Positions 11,855 to 22,768 of a stretch of 64,000 nucleotides of DNA are shown in pieces. How positions within the stretch are numbered: the stretch's first letter is position 1; every line of letters starts with the position of its first letter. Made by a program: the position numbers and the translations under genes. The DNA lies in contig NZ_JBBJMJ010000009.1 in NCBI RefSeq assembly GCF_037719875.1, forward strand, positions 31,869-95,868. Direction: 5' to 3'. This DNA is from Aeromicrobium sp. Lineage in GTDB: Bacteria > Actinomycetota > Actinomycetes > Propionibacteriales > Nocardioidaceae. The notes under the pieces were generated by a model. That model saw only the letters and a program-made list of their open reading frames with translations. It made no database searches and had not been told where the DNA came from.

Positions 11855-12508
11855 ATGACCGCTCGCGCAGCGGAGTCCCCGGCCGGCAGCCGAGCGGCCC
11901 ATCTCGGCCCCGAGCTCCGGCGGCCTCTCGTCCTCGACGCGGCCCGCGCGGTGTGGATCGAGCGCGGTTACCGCGGCACGACGATGGCACTCATCGCCGC
12001 TGAGGCGAAGGTCAGCAAGCCCGTCCTGTATGCCTGCTATGCCGACAAGCACGAGGTCCTCCAAGCGCTGCTCGACCGTGAGGAGAAGCTCCTCATCGCT
12101 GCGGCGCAGAGCGCCCTGCCCGACGAGCTCGACGTCGGTGATGTCGAGCTCATGATGACGTCCGCATACGAGGCGTTCTTCACCGCCGCGGTCGACAATC
12201 CCGCGTCGTGGCTGGTCGTGTTCGAGGCGCAGCAGCTCATCAACGACGAGATCGCCGAGCGGATCCGCCGCGGTCGCACCCTGGTCGGCAACCAGGTGAC
12301 GTTCCTCGTCTCGCACTACTTTGCCTCGGTGTCACAGCCTCTTGACGATCGCGAGGCGCAGATGATCGCGGAGAGCCTGCTCGCGCTCGCCGAGACGCAC
12401 GCTGCGCGGCTGCTACGCCACGGCGACGGCGACAATTGGACGATCACCGAGCTGGCGGCGTCGGTCACCCGGTTCGTGCTGCGCAGCTGGCCGATCAGCG
12501 AGGCTTGA
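11855..12508 (+). CDS. TetR/AcrR family regulator
   Basis: N-terminal HTH LDAARAVWIERGYRGTTMALIAAEAKVSKPVLY. Confidence 0.9.
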   Translation: MTARAAESPAGSRAAHLGPELRRPLVLDAARAVWIERGYRGTTMALIAAEAKVSKPVLYACYADKHEVLQALLDREEKLLIAAAQSALPDELDVGDVELMMTSAYEAFFTAAVDNPASWLVVFEAQQLINDEIAERIRRGRTLVGNQVTFLVSHYFASVSQPLDDREAQMIAESLLALAETHAARLLRHGDGDNWTITELAASVTRFVLRSWPISEA

Positions 12509-13340
12509 CCGCGGTCACGTAGCGGGGGCGCTGCGCAAGATCCTGGTGGTCGCGCACGGCGGCCCACCTGTCGCTGAAGACCGCAGGGGCGGACTCGCCC
12601 TGCACGTCGGCGTGCTCCGCGCCGACGACTCCCCCCGGCTTCAGCAGTCGCCACGCGGTCTGCTCGACGACGCGCATCGCGTCGAGCCCGTCGTCGCCGG
12701 ACCACAGGGCCAGCGCCGGGTCGTGGTCTCGGGCCTCCGGCGCGACGCTCTCCCAGGCGTCCAGCGGGATGTAGGGCGGATTGGCGACCACGACGTCGAC
12801 CGTGCCATCGAGATCGGTGAAGGCATCGGCCATGTCGCCGAGTCTCAGGTCGACCCCGGTGCCGACCAGGTTGCGCTGCGCCCACTCGAAGGCCGACTCG
12901 TCGAGCTCGACCGCGTGGACTGTCGCGGCCGGAACCTCGTGGACGATCGACAGCGCGATCGCGCCCGCACCGGCGCACAGCTCGACCACGACCGGTTGGG
13001 TCAGTGTCTTGGCATGATCGACGGCCCAGCCAGCCAGGACCTCGGTCTCCGGGCGAGGGACGAACACGCCGGGCCCGACCTCGATGTCGACGTAGCGGAA
13101 TCCTGTCGAGCCGGTCAGGTGCTGTAACGGGAACCGTCTGGCGCGGGCCCCGACGAGCTCGAGGAATGCGTCTCTTTGATTCCCGTTGGGCTTGGCCCGG
13201 CTGATCAAGGACCCGCGGGGGACACCTGTGACGTGGCTCAGCAGCGTTTCGGCGTCGTGGCGGGGCGAGGCGACCCCGGCCACCTGGAGCGTCTCGGTGG
13301 CCTCGGCCAGGAGCCGCTCGGCCAGCGAACGTACGGTCAC
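12495..13340 (-). CDS. prmC: Release factor glutamine methyltransferase
   Basis: [20 protein letters not shown]; GTGA overlap with prfA. Confidence 0.95.
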   Translation of the reverse strand: MTVRSLAERLLAEATETLQVAGVASPRHDAETLLSHVTGVPRGSLISRAKPNGNQRDAFLELVGARARRFPLQHLTGSTGFRYVDIEVGPGVFVPRPETEVLAGWAVDHAKTLTQPVVVELCAGAGAIALSIVHEVPAATVHAVELDESAFEWAQRNLVGTGVDLRLGDMADAFTDLDGTVDVVVANPPYIPLDAWESVAPEARDHDPALALWSGDDGLDAMRVVEQTAWRLLKPGGVVGAEHADVQGESAPAVFSDRWAAVRDHQDLAQRPRYVTAVKPR

Positions 13341-14416
13341 TCGCCGGACTCGACCGCAGCGAGTCGATCGGCCAGCTCGGTGTCGACGAGCGACTTGATG
13401 ACATCGTCGAGGGCACCGTCCATGACCTGGTCGAGGTTGTAGGCCTTGAATCCTGTGCGGTGGTCGGAGATCCGGTTCTCGGGGAAGTTGTAGGTCCGGA
13501 TCCGCTCGGAGCGGTCGACCGTACGGATCTGCGACTTGCGGGCATCCGAAGCCTCGGCGTCCGCCGTCGCCTGCGCGGCCTCCAGGAGACGAGCCCGCAG
13601 GATGCGCATCGCCTGCTCCTTGTTCTGCAGCTGGCTCTTCTCGTTCTGGCAGCTTGCGACGACGCCGGTCGGCACGTGGGTGATGCGCACCGCCGAGTCC
13701 GTCGTGTTGACGCTCTGGCCACCTGGGCCCGAGGACCTGTAGACATCGATGCGCAGATCACTGTCGAGGATCTCGATGTCGATGTCCTCTGCCTCCGCGA
13801 GCACGAGCACGCCGGCCGCTGACGTATGGATCCGGCCTTGCGACTCGGTGACCGGCACCCGCTGCACGCGATGCACGCCGCCCTCAAACTTCAGCAGGGC
13901 GTGCGGAGCCTCACCCGGCGCCGGTGTGCCCTTGGCCTTGACCGCGAGCGTCACGGACTTGTAGCCGCCGAGCGCCGACTCGGTCGAGTCGAGGATCTCA
14001 GTCTTCCAGCCGCGCTGTTCGGCATACCGGGTGTACATCCGGTGCAGGTCACCGGCGAACAGCGCCGACTCCTCGCCGCCCTCACCGCCCTTGATCTCCA
14101 TCAGCACGTCCTTGGAGTCGGCCGGGTCACGGGGAACCAGGAGCCGCTGCAACCGCTCGCTGAGCTCGTGCAGGCGCGGCTCGAGCGCCTCGATCTCCGC
14201 AGCGAACGAGTCGTCGTCGGCCACGAACTCCCGCGCGGCCTGCAAGTCATCGGTGACCTGCTGGAAGTCGCGGTATGTCTTGACGATCGCGGTCAGCTCG
14301 GCGTATCGCTGGCCCAGCTTCTTGGCCAGCCCCTGGTCGGAGTGCACCGCGGGATCGGACATGCGGACCTCGAGCTCGGCATGCTCGGCGACGAGCGTGT
14401 CGACGGCTTCGAACAC
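13337..14416 (-). CDS. prfA: Peptide chain release factor 1
   Basis: [16 protein letters not shown]; GTG start at 14416 after GAGGAG. Confidence 0.97.
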   Translation of the reverse strand: MFEAVDTLVAEHAELEVRMSDPAVHSDQGLAKKLGQRYAELTAIVKTYRDFQQVTDDLQAAREFVADDDSFAAEIEALEPRLHELSERLQRLLVPRDPADSKDVLMEIKGGEGGEESALFAGDLHRMYTRYAEQRGWKTEILDSTESALGGYKSVTLAVKAKGTPAPGEAPHALLKFEGGVHRVQRVPVTESQGRIHTSAAGVLVLAEAEDIDIEILDSDLRIDVYRSSGPGGQSVNTTDSAVRITHVPTGVVASCQNEKSQLQNKEQAMRILRARLLEAAQATADAEASDARKSQIRTVDRSERIRTYNFPENRISDHRTGFKAYNLDQVMDGALDDVIKSLVDTELADRLAAVESGE

Positions 14417-14463
14417 GGTGGCTCCTCGGGCTGGGCGGAATCGAGTGCTTCGGACACGACAAC

Positions 14464-14498
14464 GGCACCGACCCGTACGCGATGTACGGGTCGGTGCC
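14464..14498 (-). terminator. Hairpin after rpmE
   Basis: GGCACCGACCCGTAC/GTACGGGTCGGTGCC 15-bp perfect stem. Confidence 0.7.
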
Positions 14499-14507
14499 GA
14501 AGTTGAG

Positions 14508-14729
14508 CTACTTGCTCTCGGTCGTCTTCTTGGCGTAGCGCTTCTCGAAGCGGGCGACGCGGCCGCCGGTGTCGAGAATCTTCTGCTTGCCGGTGTAGAA
14601 CGGGTGGCACGCGGCGCACACATCGGCACGGAGGGTGCCGTTGGTGGCGGTGCTGCGGGTCGTGAACGAGTTGCCACAGGTGCAGGTGACCTGAGTCTCG
14701 ACGTACTCGGGGTGGATGCCTTGCTTCAT
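14508..14729 (-). CDS. rpmE: 50S ribosomal protein L31 (Zn-binding type)
   Basis: [25 protein letters not shown]. Confidence 0.97.
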   Translation of the reverse strand: MKQGIHPEYVETQVTCTCGNSFTTRSTATNGTLRADVCAACHPFYTGKQKILDTGGRVARFEKRYAKKTTESK

Positions 14730-14734
14730 GATGT

Positions 14735-14790
14735 CCTCTCGGCGGTCGCTGGGTCGTCTCGCGGGTTGCGATCCGTGAACCAGAACCAAG
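14735..14790 (-). ncRNA. Possible L31-Actinobacteria ribosomal leader
   Basis: 5'UTR CTGGTTCACGG...CGACCCAG behind TGGCACAAT -10; resemblance judged by eye only. Confidence 0.4.
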
Positions 14791-14870
14791 GATTGATTGT
14801 GCCAGTTGTCACCCGTCATAAGGAAATCGGGGCGGGATAAATTCCCCGGGCTGGCCAAGGCCGTACTTAC

Positions 14871-14966
14871 GCTGACGGGTCACTTTTTGCCCTTTGACGG
14901 GTCAGTTCCTGCCCCAACTCTCGGCACTCTTGTGACCCGTCACCGGGCAACAAGTGACCCGTCAGC
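14871..14966. repeat. Nested inverted repeat (REP/REPIN-like)
   Basis: TGACGGGTCA at 14873 and 14895, TGACCCGTCA at 14933 and 14955; folds as one long hairpin. Confidence 0.75.
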
Positions 14967-14992
14967 TGGCCCTGCGCTTCGCGCGGGCCTCC

Positions 14993-15475
14993 TCAGGCGG
15001 GCAGGAGCTTTTCGATGTCGCCCTTGATCTTGTCCGGTGAGGTCGTCGAGCCATAGCGCTTGATGACATTGCCATCGGAGTCGATCAGGAACTTGGTGAA
15101 GTTCCACTTGATCTTGCTGGGACCGAGACCACCCTTCTCCTTCTTGAGCCACTTGTAGAGCGGGTGGGCGCCGTCGCCGTTGACCTCGATCTCGGAGAAG
15201 AGCGGGAAGGTGACTCCGTAGTTCTTCTCGCAAAAAGTCGCGGTGTCATCGTCCGAGTCCGGATTCTGATGACCGAACTGGTCGCACGGGAAGCCGAGGA
15301 CCACGAGTCCCCTGTCGACGTACTCCTGATAGACCTGCTCGAGGCCCTTGAGCTGAGGGGTGAAGCCGCACTGTGTGGCGGTGTTGACGACGAGCAGGAC
15401 CTTGCCCTGGTAGTCGGCGAGGAGCTGCTCCGAGCCGTCGATCGCGGTGGCGGAGAAGTCATAGGCGGTTGTCAT
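14993..15475 (-). CDS. Glutathione peroxidase family protein
   Basis: VNTATQCGFT, LGFPCDQFG, KWNFTKFL; leaderless TAGTCT-6nt-ATG. Confidence 0.93.
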   Translation of the reverse strand: MTTAYDFSATAIDGSEQLLADYQGKVLLVVNTATQCGFTPQLKGLEQVYQEYVDRGLVVLGFPCDQFGHQNPDSDDDTATFCEKNYGVTFPLFSEIEVNGDGAHPLYKWLKKEKGGLGPSKIKWNFTKFLIDSDGNVIKRYGSTTSPDKIKGDIEKLLPA

Positions 15476-15529
15476 GACCCCAGACTAGGGCTGAGCCTCA
15501 ACCCCGGCTCGGCGAAGCGGTCCACAAAC

Positions 15530-15568
15530 GCCACGAGCCCGGCCCCTTCGCGGGGCCGGGCTCGTGGC
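15530..15568 (-). terminator. rho terminator hairpin
   Basis: GCCACGAGCCCGGCCCC/GGGGCCGGGCTCGTGGC followed by GTTT on the minus strand. Confidence 0.8.
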
Positions 15569-15577
15569 ATCGGTCGA

Positions 15578-17488
15578 TCAGCTGTCGCCGTTGGGCGCGG
15601 TCTGCGGCAGCGTCTTGTTGATCTGCATCAGGAACTCGACATTGCTCGTGGTTTTCTTGAGCTTGTCGAGGATCAGCTCGAGGCCCTGCTGGCCTTCCAG
15701 GCCCGACAGCACCCTTCGCAGCTTCCAGACCACGGCGAGCTCGTCCTTGCCCATCAGCAGCTCTTCGCGACGCGTGCTCGAGGCATCCACGTCGACCGCC
15801 GGGAAGATCCGCTTGTCGGCGAAGTCGCGGCGCAGGCGGAGCTCCCAGTTGCCGGTGCCCTTGAACTCCTCGAAGATCACTTCGTCCATGCGCGAGCCGG
15901 TCTCGACGAGCGCTGTGGCGAGGATCGTCAGCGAGCCACCGTCCTCGATGTTGCGCGCGGCGCCGAAGAACTTCTTGGGCGGGTAGAGCGCCGACGAGTC
16001 GACACCGCCGGACATGATGCGCCCGCTGGTCGGGGCGGCGAGGTTGTAGGCACGGCCGAGGCGCGTGATGCCGTCAAGCAACAGCACGACGTCGTGACCC
16101 AGCTCGACGAGGCGCTTGGCGCGCTCGATCGCCAGCTCGGCGACTGTCGTGTGGTCGGTCGCCGGACGGTCGAACGTCGAGGCGATGACCTCACCTTTGA
16201 CGGTCCGCTGGAAGTCAGTCACCTCTTCGGGACGCTCGTCGACCAGGACGATCATCAGGTGGCACTCGGGGTTGTTCTCGGTGATGGCGTTGGCGACCTG
16301 CTGCATGATCATGGTCTTGCCGGCCTTGGGCGGCGAGACGATGAGTCCGCGCTGGCCCTTGCCAATTGGAGCAACCAGGTCGATGACGCGGCCGGTCAGC
16401 CCGCTGGCCTCGCCCTCGAGGCGCAGGCGCTCCGACGGGTAGAGCGGCGTGAGCTTGGCGAACTCAACCCGCTTGATGCTGTCCTCGACAGTCATCCCGT
16501 TGACCGACTCGATCTTGACCATCGGGTTGAACTTTTCCTTGCGCTCGCCCTCGCGGGGCTGGCGCACCTGGCCGAGAACCGCATCGCCGCGACGAAGCCC
16601 CCACTTGCGGACCATCGAGAGCGAGACGTAGACGTCGTTCTCGCTCGGCAGATAACCCGTCGTACGTACGAATGCGTAGTTGTCGAGGATGTCGAGGATG
16701 CCAGCCGCGGGCACCAGGACATCGTCCTCGGTGTAGGTCGTGTCGACGTCGACACCGCCCCGTCCGCCACCGGCGTTGCGGTTGCGCCCCCGACGGTTGC
16801 GACGTCGGCCGTTGCCGAAGTCGTCATCGTCCTCGAGGGGGGCCCCACCGCCGGAATTCTGGTTGCGATTGCCGGCCTGGCCCTGGTTGCGACCGTTGCC
16901 TCCGCCGTCTTCGGCGTTGCGGTTCTGGTTGCGATTGTTTCCGCCGCCGCCGTCATTGTTGCGGTTCTGGTTGCGGTTGTTGCCGCCGCCGTCGTTGCGG
17001 TTCCGATTGCGGTTGCGGTTGCCGGAGTCCTCGTCAGACGAGTCCTCACCCTTGGGCTCTGCCTTGGGCTCGACCTTGTCGACCTTGTCGGCCGTGTCTG
17101 GGTTGTCGGCCTTGGGCTCTGTCTTGTCGGCCTTGCCGGCCTTGTTGCCGCGTGCTGTTCTGGGCTCGGCCTTGGCCGGCGCCTTCGTGGCGGGCTGCTC
17201 GCTCTTGGCTGCCGCGACATCGCCCTTGCTGGTGTCGACCTTGCTGGGTGCCGCGGCGGCGACTGCGGCCTTGGTGGACGTGCCGGCGTCACCTCGAGCG
17301 ATCTTGATCGCGTCGATCAACGCGCCCTTGCGCATCTTGGCAGCACCGTCGATGCCGAGCTCTCCGGCGATGTCCTGGAGCTCAGCGAGCACCTTGCCTC
17401 CCAGGCCTCCCCCGGTCTTGCGGGGGGCGGCGGCCACGGCGTCTGCGGCAGGTGCGGAGGATTCAGGTGTGATGGTGGTTTCAGTCAC
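15578..17488 (-). CDS. rho: Transcription termination factor Rho with long N-terminal insertion
   Basis: [28 protein letters not shown]; GTG start after AAAGGA. Confidence 0.97.
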   Translation of the reverse strand: MTETTITPESSAPAADAVAAAPRKTGGGLGGKVLAELQDIAGELGIDGAAKMRKGALIDAIKIARGDAGTSTKAAVAAAAPSKVDTSKGDVAAAKSEQPATKAPAKAEPRTARGNKAGKADKTEPKADNPDTADKVDKVEPKAEPKGEDSSDEDSGNRNRNRNRNDGGGNNRNQNRNNDGGGGNNRNQNRNAEDGGGNGRNQGQAGNRNQNSGGGAPLEDDDDFGNGRRRNRRGRNRNAGGGRGGVDVDTTYTEDDVLVPAAGILDILDNYAFVRTTGYLPSENDVYVSLSMVRKWGLRRGDAVLGQVRQPREGERKEKFNPMVKIESVNGMTVEDSIKRVEFAKLTPLYPSERLRLEGEASGLTGRVIDLVAPIGKGQRGLIVSPPKAGKTMIMQQVANAITENNPECHLMIVLVDERPEEVTDFQRTVKGEVIASTFDRPATDHTTVAELAIERAKRLVELGHDVVLLLDGITRLGRAYNLAAPTSGRIMSGGVDSSALYPPKKFFGAARNIEDGGSLTILATALVETGSRMDEVIFEEFKGTGNWELRLRRDFADKRIFPAVDVDASSTRREELLMGKDELAVVWKLRRVLSGLEGQQGLELILDKLKKTTSNVEFLMQINKTLPQTAPNGDS

Positions 17489-17693
17489 GTAGGTTCCTTT
17501 GGATGGGGCCACAAGGCCTCATGTCCGGAGATCCGGATCGCATGATGGCTTGCCCGTATCCGACGGGCGACTTGAATGGCTCTGCGACTTGCGTGTCACT
17601 GTCGGGGAGTTTGAAAACTCGACTCCGACTCATTCACTGTAACACCATGGGGTCGCCCAGCATTTCTGCTGGGTTCGTGTTGCGGCACGGCGT

Positions 17694-18581
17694 TCAGCGG
17701 ACCAGCGCGCCCTCGACATCGACCGCCAGCTCGTGCACGGCCCAGCCCTGCGGAGCACGCTCGGCAATGCCTCTGGCGAACGACAGCACGGTCGGCCCGG
17801 CTCCCGAGATGATCGTCGGAATCCCCTCCACCCGCAGCTGTCGCAGCAGCTTGTATGACTCCGGCATCGCGCCGGCTCGATAGGACTGATGGATCCGGTC
17901 CTCGGTGGCCGAGATGAGGTGCTCCGGTGCCACAGTCAGCGCCGCGATGAGCAGCGCCGCGCGGCCGGCATTGAGTGCGGCATCGCGGTGGGGGACGGTC
18001 TCGGGGAGCAAACCACGCGCCCGCTCGGTTGATACCGCTTCAGGCGGCACGAAGACCGTCGTCTCGACCGTGGTCTCGAGCCGCTGCATTTCGGCCGCGG
18101 CCCCGTCGATCCAGGCGATCGTCAACCCGCCGAACATCGCGGCGGCGACGTTGTCAGGATGGCCCTCCAGATCGACCGCGAGCTGAAAGGCCGCCCGGTC
18201 GTCAAGCCGATCGGCGCCGCCGTCGACCAGCGCGCGGGCGAGCACGATGCCACCCACGATCGCCGCCGCCGACGAGCCGAGGCCCCGGCCGTGCGGGATC
18301 GCGTTGACGCAGGTCAGCCTCAAGCCGGCGGGGCGCTCCCCCAGCAGGTCGAATGTCGCGTTCATGGCCCTGACGACCAGGTGGTCACCGGACCTCGGGA
18401 CGTCCTCGGCGCCTTCCCCCGTGACCGTGATCTCCAGACGCTCGTCACCCTTCGACTCGAGTACCTCGGCAGTCAGGTCGTCGTGAAGCGACAGGGCCAG
18501 GCCGAGGGCATCGAAGCCCGGGCCGAGGTTGGCGCTGGAGGCCGGCGTCCGCACGGAGACCGGGCCGACCACGAACGTCAT
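17694..18581 (-). CDS. thrB: Homoserine kinase
   Basis: [33 protein letters not shown]. Confidence 0.96.
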   Translation of the reverse strand: MTFVVGPVSVRTPASSANLGPGFDALGLALSLHDDLTAEVLESKGDERLEITVTGEGAEDVPRSGDHLVVRAMNATFDLLGERPAGLRLTCVNAIPHGRGLGSSAAAIVGGIVLARALVDGGADRLDDRAAFQLAVDLEGHPDNVAAAMFGGLTIAWIDGAAAEMQRLETTVETTVFVPPEAVSTERARGLLPETVPHRDAALNAGRAALLIAALTVAPEHLISATEDRIHQSYRAGAMPESYKLLRQLRVEGIPTIISGAGPTVLSFARGIAERAPQGWAVHELAVDVEGALVR

Positions 18582-19636
18582 ACGAGCCCGGCGACCTCGG
18601 CCGCCGCGTGGACGTCGACGTCGATGGCCGAGTCGACGATCGAATCGACTCCCGAGAGTGCGGTCTCGGTGTCCTTGAGCCCGTGCCCCGTCACCGTGAT
18701 GGCGATCGTCAACCCTGGCTCGACGACGCCGGCGGACTTGAGCAGCCCGGCAACCCCGGCCGCAGATGCCGGCTCGACAAAGACACCGTCACGCGAGGCC
18801 AGCTCACGCTGGGCGCTGAGGATCTCCTGGTCCGTCACGGCCTCGATCCGGCCGAGGGAGTCGTCGCGCGCGGTCACCGCGAGCTGCCACGAGGCTGGGT
18901 TGCCGACGCGGATCGCGGTCGCGAGGGTCTCGGGGTGCTCGACCGGGTGGCCCAGCACGATCGGCGCGGCACCCTCGGCCTGGAAACCCCACATCGAGGG
19001 CGTCTTCTGAGCGAGTCCGGCCTCGGCGTACTCCTGGTAGCCCAGCCAGTAGGCCGAGATGTTGCCGGCGTTGCCGACCGGGAGGACATGTAGGTCAGGC
19101 GCCTTGCCCAAGGCGTCGACGATCTCGAACGCCGCGGTCTTCTGACCCTGCAGCCGTACGGGGTTGACCGAATTGACCAGGGCCACGGGGTATTGGTCGG
19201 CGAGGTCACGGGCGACCTGAAGACACTGGTCGAATCCACCGTTGACCTGGATGACAGTGGCGCCGTGCATGACGGCCTGCGCCATCTTGCCCGCGGCGAT
19301 CTTGCCGTGCGGGACCAGGACTATCGGGGTCAGCCCGGCCCGCGAGGCGTATGCCGTCATGGATGCGGACGTGTTGCCGGTCGAGGCGCACACGACGGCC
19401 TTGGCGCCTTCGCCGGCCGCCACCGAGATCGCGGCAGTCATGCCGCGGTCCTTGAAGGATCCGGTCGGGTTGTCTCCCTCGACCTTGAGCCAGACCTCGC
19501 CGCGAACGATGCCGGAGAGCCACGCGGAGTGGACGAGCGGTGTGCCACCCTCACCGAGGGTGATCACCGGGGTCTCGGGGGTGACCGGGAGCCACTCGCG
19601 GTACTCCTCGATCACTCCGCGCCAGAGATGAGCCAT
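18578..19636 (-). CDS. thrC: Threonine synthase
   Basis: [24 protein letters not shown]. Confidence 0.96.
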   Translation of the reverse strand: MAHLWRGVIEEYREWLPVTPETPVITLGEGGTPLVHSAWLSGIVRGEVWLKVEGDNPTGSFKDRGMTAAISVAAGEGAKAVVCASTGNTSASMTAYASRAGLTPIVLVPHGKIAAGKMAQAVMHGATVIQVNGGFDQCLQVARDLADQYPVALVNSVNPVRLQGQKTAAFEIVDALGKAPDLHVLPVGNAGNISAYWLGYQEYAEAGLAQKTPSMWGFQAEGAAPIVLGHPVEHPETLATAIRVGNPASWQLAVTARDDSLGRIEAVTDQEILSAQRELASRDGVFVEPASAAGVAGLLKSAGVVEPGLTIAITVTGHGLKDTETALSGVDSIVDSAIDVDVHAAAEVAGLV

Positions 19637-20955
19637 CAGGATCCTCCCTCGACGCGCATCACTGAGGTGACGTCGCGCACCATGTCGAGCCCACGGAGCG
19701 ATGCCACGGTTGCCGACAATGCGGCGTCGTCGGCCTCGTGAGTCACGATCACGAGCTGGGCGTCCGAACCGCTGCCCTCCTGGCGCACCGTCCGGATCGA
19801 GACGTCGAACGCCGCGAACTGCTGCGCCACCGAAGCCAGCACGCCCGCTCGATCATCGACGTCGATCGACACGTGGTAGCGGGTGCGGGCCCGACCCATG
19901 TCAAGCACCTCGAGCTGCGCGTGGGTCGATTCGCCGGGCCCGAAGACGCTGCTGCGACGGTTACGGGCCACCGACACGACGTCTCCGAGGACCGCGCTCG
20001 CGGTCGGGGCGCCGCCCGCTCCGGGGCCGTAGAACATCAGTTGACCGGCTGACTCGCTCTCGACGAAGACCGCGTTGTAGGCGCCGCGGACACTCGCCAG
20101 CGGGTGTGACAGCGGGATCATCGCGGGATGGACCCGGGCAGAGACAGCAGGTCCGTCAGGCGTTTCGTGCTTCTCGCAGATCGCCAGGAGCTTGACGACG
20201 CACCCCATCTCCTCGGCGGAGCGTACGTCCGCGGCCGTCACGTCAGTGATGCCCTCACGATGTACGTCGCCGATCGTCACCCGGGTATGGAATGCGAGCC
20301 CGGCCAGGATCGCGGCCTTGGATGCCGCGTCGAAGCCCTCGATGTCAGCGGTCGGGTCGGCCTCGGCATAGCCGAGCCGCTGGGCTTCGTCGAGCGCCTC
20401 AGAGAACCCTTGTCCCGTCGTGGTCATGGCGTCGAGGATGAAGTTGGTCGTGCCGTTGACGATGCCGAGCACCCGCTGCACACGGTCGCCCGCGAGCGAC
20501 TCGCGCAGCGGCCGTACGATTGGGATCGCGCCGGCAACGGCGGCCTCGAAGTAGAGGTCGCGCTCGGCCTTCTGGGCCGCCTCGAACAGTGTGGCGCCGT
20601 CCTCGGCCAGCAGGGCTTTGTTGGCCGTGACGACGGAGGCGCCGTTATCGAGCGCGGCGAGGATCAGCTCGCGAGCCGGTTCGATGCCACCGATCACCTC
20701 GATCACGACGTCGATGTCGCCGCGGCCGACCAGGCCCGCGGCGTCGGTCGTGAACAGCTCGGCCGGGACGTCGAGGTCGCGCTCACGGCCCAGCCGGCGT
20801 ACGGCAATGCCTGCCAGCTCGAGCGGCGCACCCACCCGCTGCGCAAGCTCATCCGCGTCCCGCGTGAGCAGCCGGGCGACTTCGGTGCCGACGACCCCGC
20901 AGCCCAACAGGGCAACGCGGAGCGGACGACCGGGGGACCACAAGGATGCACTCAC
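19636..20955 (-). CDS. hom: Homoserine dehydrogenase with ACT domain
   Basis: [37 protein letters not shown]. Confidence 0.96.
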   Translation of the reverse strand: MSASLWSPGRPLRVALLGCGVVGTEVARLLTRDADELAQRVGAPLELAGIAVRRLGRERDLDVPAELFTTDAAGLVGRGDIDVVIEVIGGIEPARELILAALDNGASVVTANKALLAEDGATLFEAAQKAERDLYFEAAVAGAIPIVRPLRESLAGDRVQRVLGIVNGTTNFILDAMTTTGQGFSEALDEAQRLGYAEADPTADIEGFDAASKAAILAGLAFHTRVTIGDVHREGITDVTAADVRSAEEMGCVVKLLAICEKHETPDGPAVSARVHPAMIPLSHPLASVRGAYNAVFVESESAGQLMFYGPGAGGAPTASAVLGDVVSVARNRRSSVFGPGESTHAQLEVLDMGRARTRYHVSIDVDDRAGVLASVAQQFAAFDVSIRTVRQEGSGSDAQLVIVTHEADDAALSATVASLRGLDMVRDVTSVMRVEGGS

Positions 20956-21083
20956 CGGTCAAGGGTATCGGCGACGGCTACCTGGGGCGTGACATGGTTG
21001 GTCGAGAAGCCCATAGCCCAGCTGTGCGTTGCTCGTTGAGTACATGACGGGATGCGCACCGTGCCGCCCCGGAGAGGTAGACC

Positions 21084-21617
21084 GTGCACCTGACCCGCCC
21101 TTCTCGTCATCAGGTGATCCTGACCGTGTTGTTCGGCGGTGCCGCAATTCTGCTGGTGGTCGCTCTGATCCTGTGGCGCCAGAGCTCAAGTTCCGAGGCC
21201 GAGTCCGGCGACGCGTTGGGATCGCAGTTCGAAGACCCGTTGGGCAGCGCCCTGAGCCTGCCCGAAACCTCGCTGCCCAGCCGCGAGCAGAAGGCTGCGC
21301 TGAAGAAGATGCTCGGAGGATCTCTGACGGTGTCCAACGGGCTGGGCGCCAAGCACCGGGTCAGGGTCGAGGCGACCTCTGACGGCTCGTCGTATCTGGG
21401 ATTTCTCTACCGCGATGGTGCTGGGGCCGGCGTGGTCTTCAGGCCAGGCGGATTCTCGACGACGAGGACCGTACGCGGGGAGCTGCCAGCTGCCAAGCTC
21501 GCGGTGCAGGTCATGCCCGACGCCAGTTTCGCAACATGCACGATCTATATCGACGGCAAGAGAGCCGATCGCCGCACCGCGACCCGACGAGGCGACATCG
21601 TGGTGTGCCTGGCCTGA
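21084..21617 (+). CDS. Membrane-anchored exported protein, MmpS-like C-terminus
   Basis: RBS GGAGAGG; one N-terminal TM; CTIYIDG...VVC cysteine pair. Confidence 0.65.
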   Translation: MHLTRPSRHQVILTVLFGGAAILLVVALILWRQSSSSEAESGDALGSQFEDPLGSALSLPETSLPSREQKAALKKMLGGSLTVSNGLGAKHRVRVEATSDGSSYLGFLYRDGAGAGVVFRPGGFSTTRTVRGELPAAKLAVQVMPDASFATCTIYIDGKRADRRTATRRGDIVVCLA

Positions 21618-21662
21618 GCCCACACATGCTGCTAGTTGGTCGGGTCGGGGTCCCCTGTGCAA

Positions 21663-21680
21663 CCGGAAGTGCAGTTGAGA
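21663..21680. promoter_or_regulatory. Degenerate SoxR box
   Basis: CCGGAAGTGCAGTTGAGA vs CCTCAAGTTAACTTGAGG; minus strand reads TTGATC-19nt-CACAGG. Confidence 0.4.
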
Positions 21681-21733
21681 TCAAGCCTTGGGCCGGTTCG
21701 GATGGCCGGCCGGCCTGATGACAGGCTGGGGGC

Positions 21734-22432
21734 ATGCCCAGCCGTCCCGAACCGCGAGGCGAGGATCGCCGGGCATCGTTCCAGGCGGGGGCGCGTGCTG
21801 CGATCCCCTATGCCTCTGTCGGCGCGCTGCTGTCGATGTCATTTGGTGTGCTCGCCCGCGATGCCGGATTCCCGGTCGCGGCAGTAATCGTGATGTCGGC
21901 TGTCGTCTTCGCCGGCTCGGCCCAGTTCGCGGCCGTCGCGATCCTCGCGGGCGGCGGATCCGCCGGGGCGGCGATCGCTGCGGCAGCACTCATGAACTCC
22001 CGTTTCCTGCCGATGGGGGTCGCCCTCGGTCCGTCCCTCCCGGGCCCGCCGCTGCTGCGAGCCGCCCAGGGGCAGACCGTCGTCGACGCCTCATGGGCGA
22101 TGGCCAACCGGGGTGATGGAACCTTCGACCGGTGGTTCCTGTTCGGCTCGACGGCCCCGCAGTACGTCACCTGGATGACCGGCACGACGGTCGGCGCGCT
22201 GGGCGGCAACCTGCTCGGTGACACCTCGCGCTTCGGGTTCGACGCGATATATCCGATGTTCTTCCTCGCCCTCCTGATCGCCGAGATCAAGGACCGGCGG
22301 ACAGCTGCCGTGGCCGGAGCCGGTGCGCTCGTCGCCCTGTCGCTCGTGGAGGTCGCCCCGGCCGGCCTCCCGGTGCTCGCCGCGAGCCTCGTGGCGCTGT
22401 GGGGACTGCGTCGGCAGGAGCCGAGCAGGTGA
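21734..22432 (+). CDS. azlC: AzlC-family amino-acid exporter permease
   Basis: MSAVVFAGSAQF, NSRFLPMG; multi-TM. Confidence 0.85.
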   Translation: MPSRPEPRGEDRRASFQAGARAAIPYASVGALLSMSFGVLARDAGFPVAAVIVMSAVVFAGSAQFAAVAILAGGGSAGAAIAAAALMNSRFLPMGVALGPSLPGPPLLRAAQGQTVVDASWAMANRGDGTFDRWFLFGSTAPQYVTWMTGTTVGALGGNLLGDTSRFGFDAIYPMFFLALLIAEIKDRRTAAVAGAGALVALSLVEVAPAGLPVLAASLVALWGLRRQEPSR

Positions 22433-22743
22433 CGGCCACGATCTGGTGGACCATTGCCGGCTGCACCGTCGTCACTGCATTGATCAAAGCGTTCGGCCCT
22501 GTCGTGATGGGCGGCCGCGAGCTGCCGGCCCGTGTCGGCGGCGTGATCGTGCTCATGGCACCGGCCCTGCTGGCCGCTCTCGTGGTCTCGAGTGCGCTGG
22601 CCAACGGCGAGCACTTGCACGTCGGCGCTGACACCGTCGGCGTGGCCGCTGGCGCAGCAGTGCTCGTGCTGACCCGCGCCGGCGTCCTCACCTCAGTGCT
22701 GGTCGCTGCCACGCTCACGGCAGCGCTCCGCCTGCTGGTGTGA
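22429..22743 (+). CDS. azlD: AzlD-family small permease subunit
   Basis: GTGA overlap with azlC; TALIKAFGP, PALLAALV. Confidence 0.8.
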   Translation: MTATIWWTIAGCTVVTALIKAFGPVVMGGRELPARVGGVIVLMAPALLAALVVSSALANGEHLHVGADTVGVAAGAAVLVLTRAGVLTSVLVAATLTAALRLLV

Positions 22744-22748
22744 CCGGA

Positions 22749-22766
22749 GCACAAGTATGGTTGAGG
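22749..22766. promoter_or_regulatory. SoxR-box-like site over the soxR -10
   Basis: GCACAAGTATGGTTGAGG; contains TATGGT 7 nt before GTG 22769. Confidence 0.5.
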
Positions 22767-22768
22767 TT

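Noticed and set aside
14417-14677. Long N-terminal extension of prfA (also atpF, pdtaS, ilvG-like, rsrA, rsgA, arfB extensions in the ORF track)
   Set aside because: Overlap neighbouring real genes or repeats; downstream starts have SD or leaderless -10 and match family N-termini
14993-15475. Selenocysteine glutathione peroxidase
   Set aside because: Active site is a normal Cys codon with no in-frame TGA
15164-17545. 793-aa plus-strand ORF and similar long antisense ORFs (1647-2921, 24444-26255, 33546-35126, 38219-39739)
   Set aside because: Shadow frames of high-GC genes on the opposite strand; no recognisable motifs
20956-21083. Thr/Ile attenuator before hom-thrC-thrB
   Set aside because: No Thr-rich leader peptide; hom has TACCCT-6nt-GTG leaderless pattern
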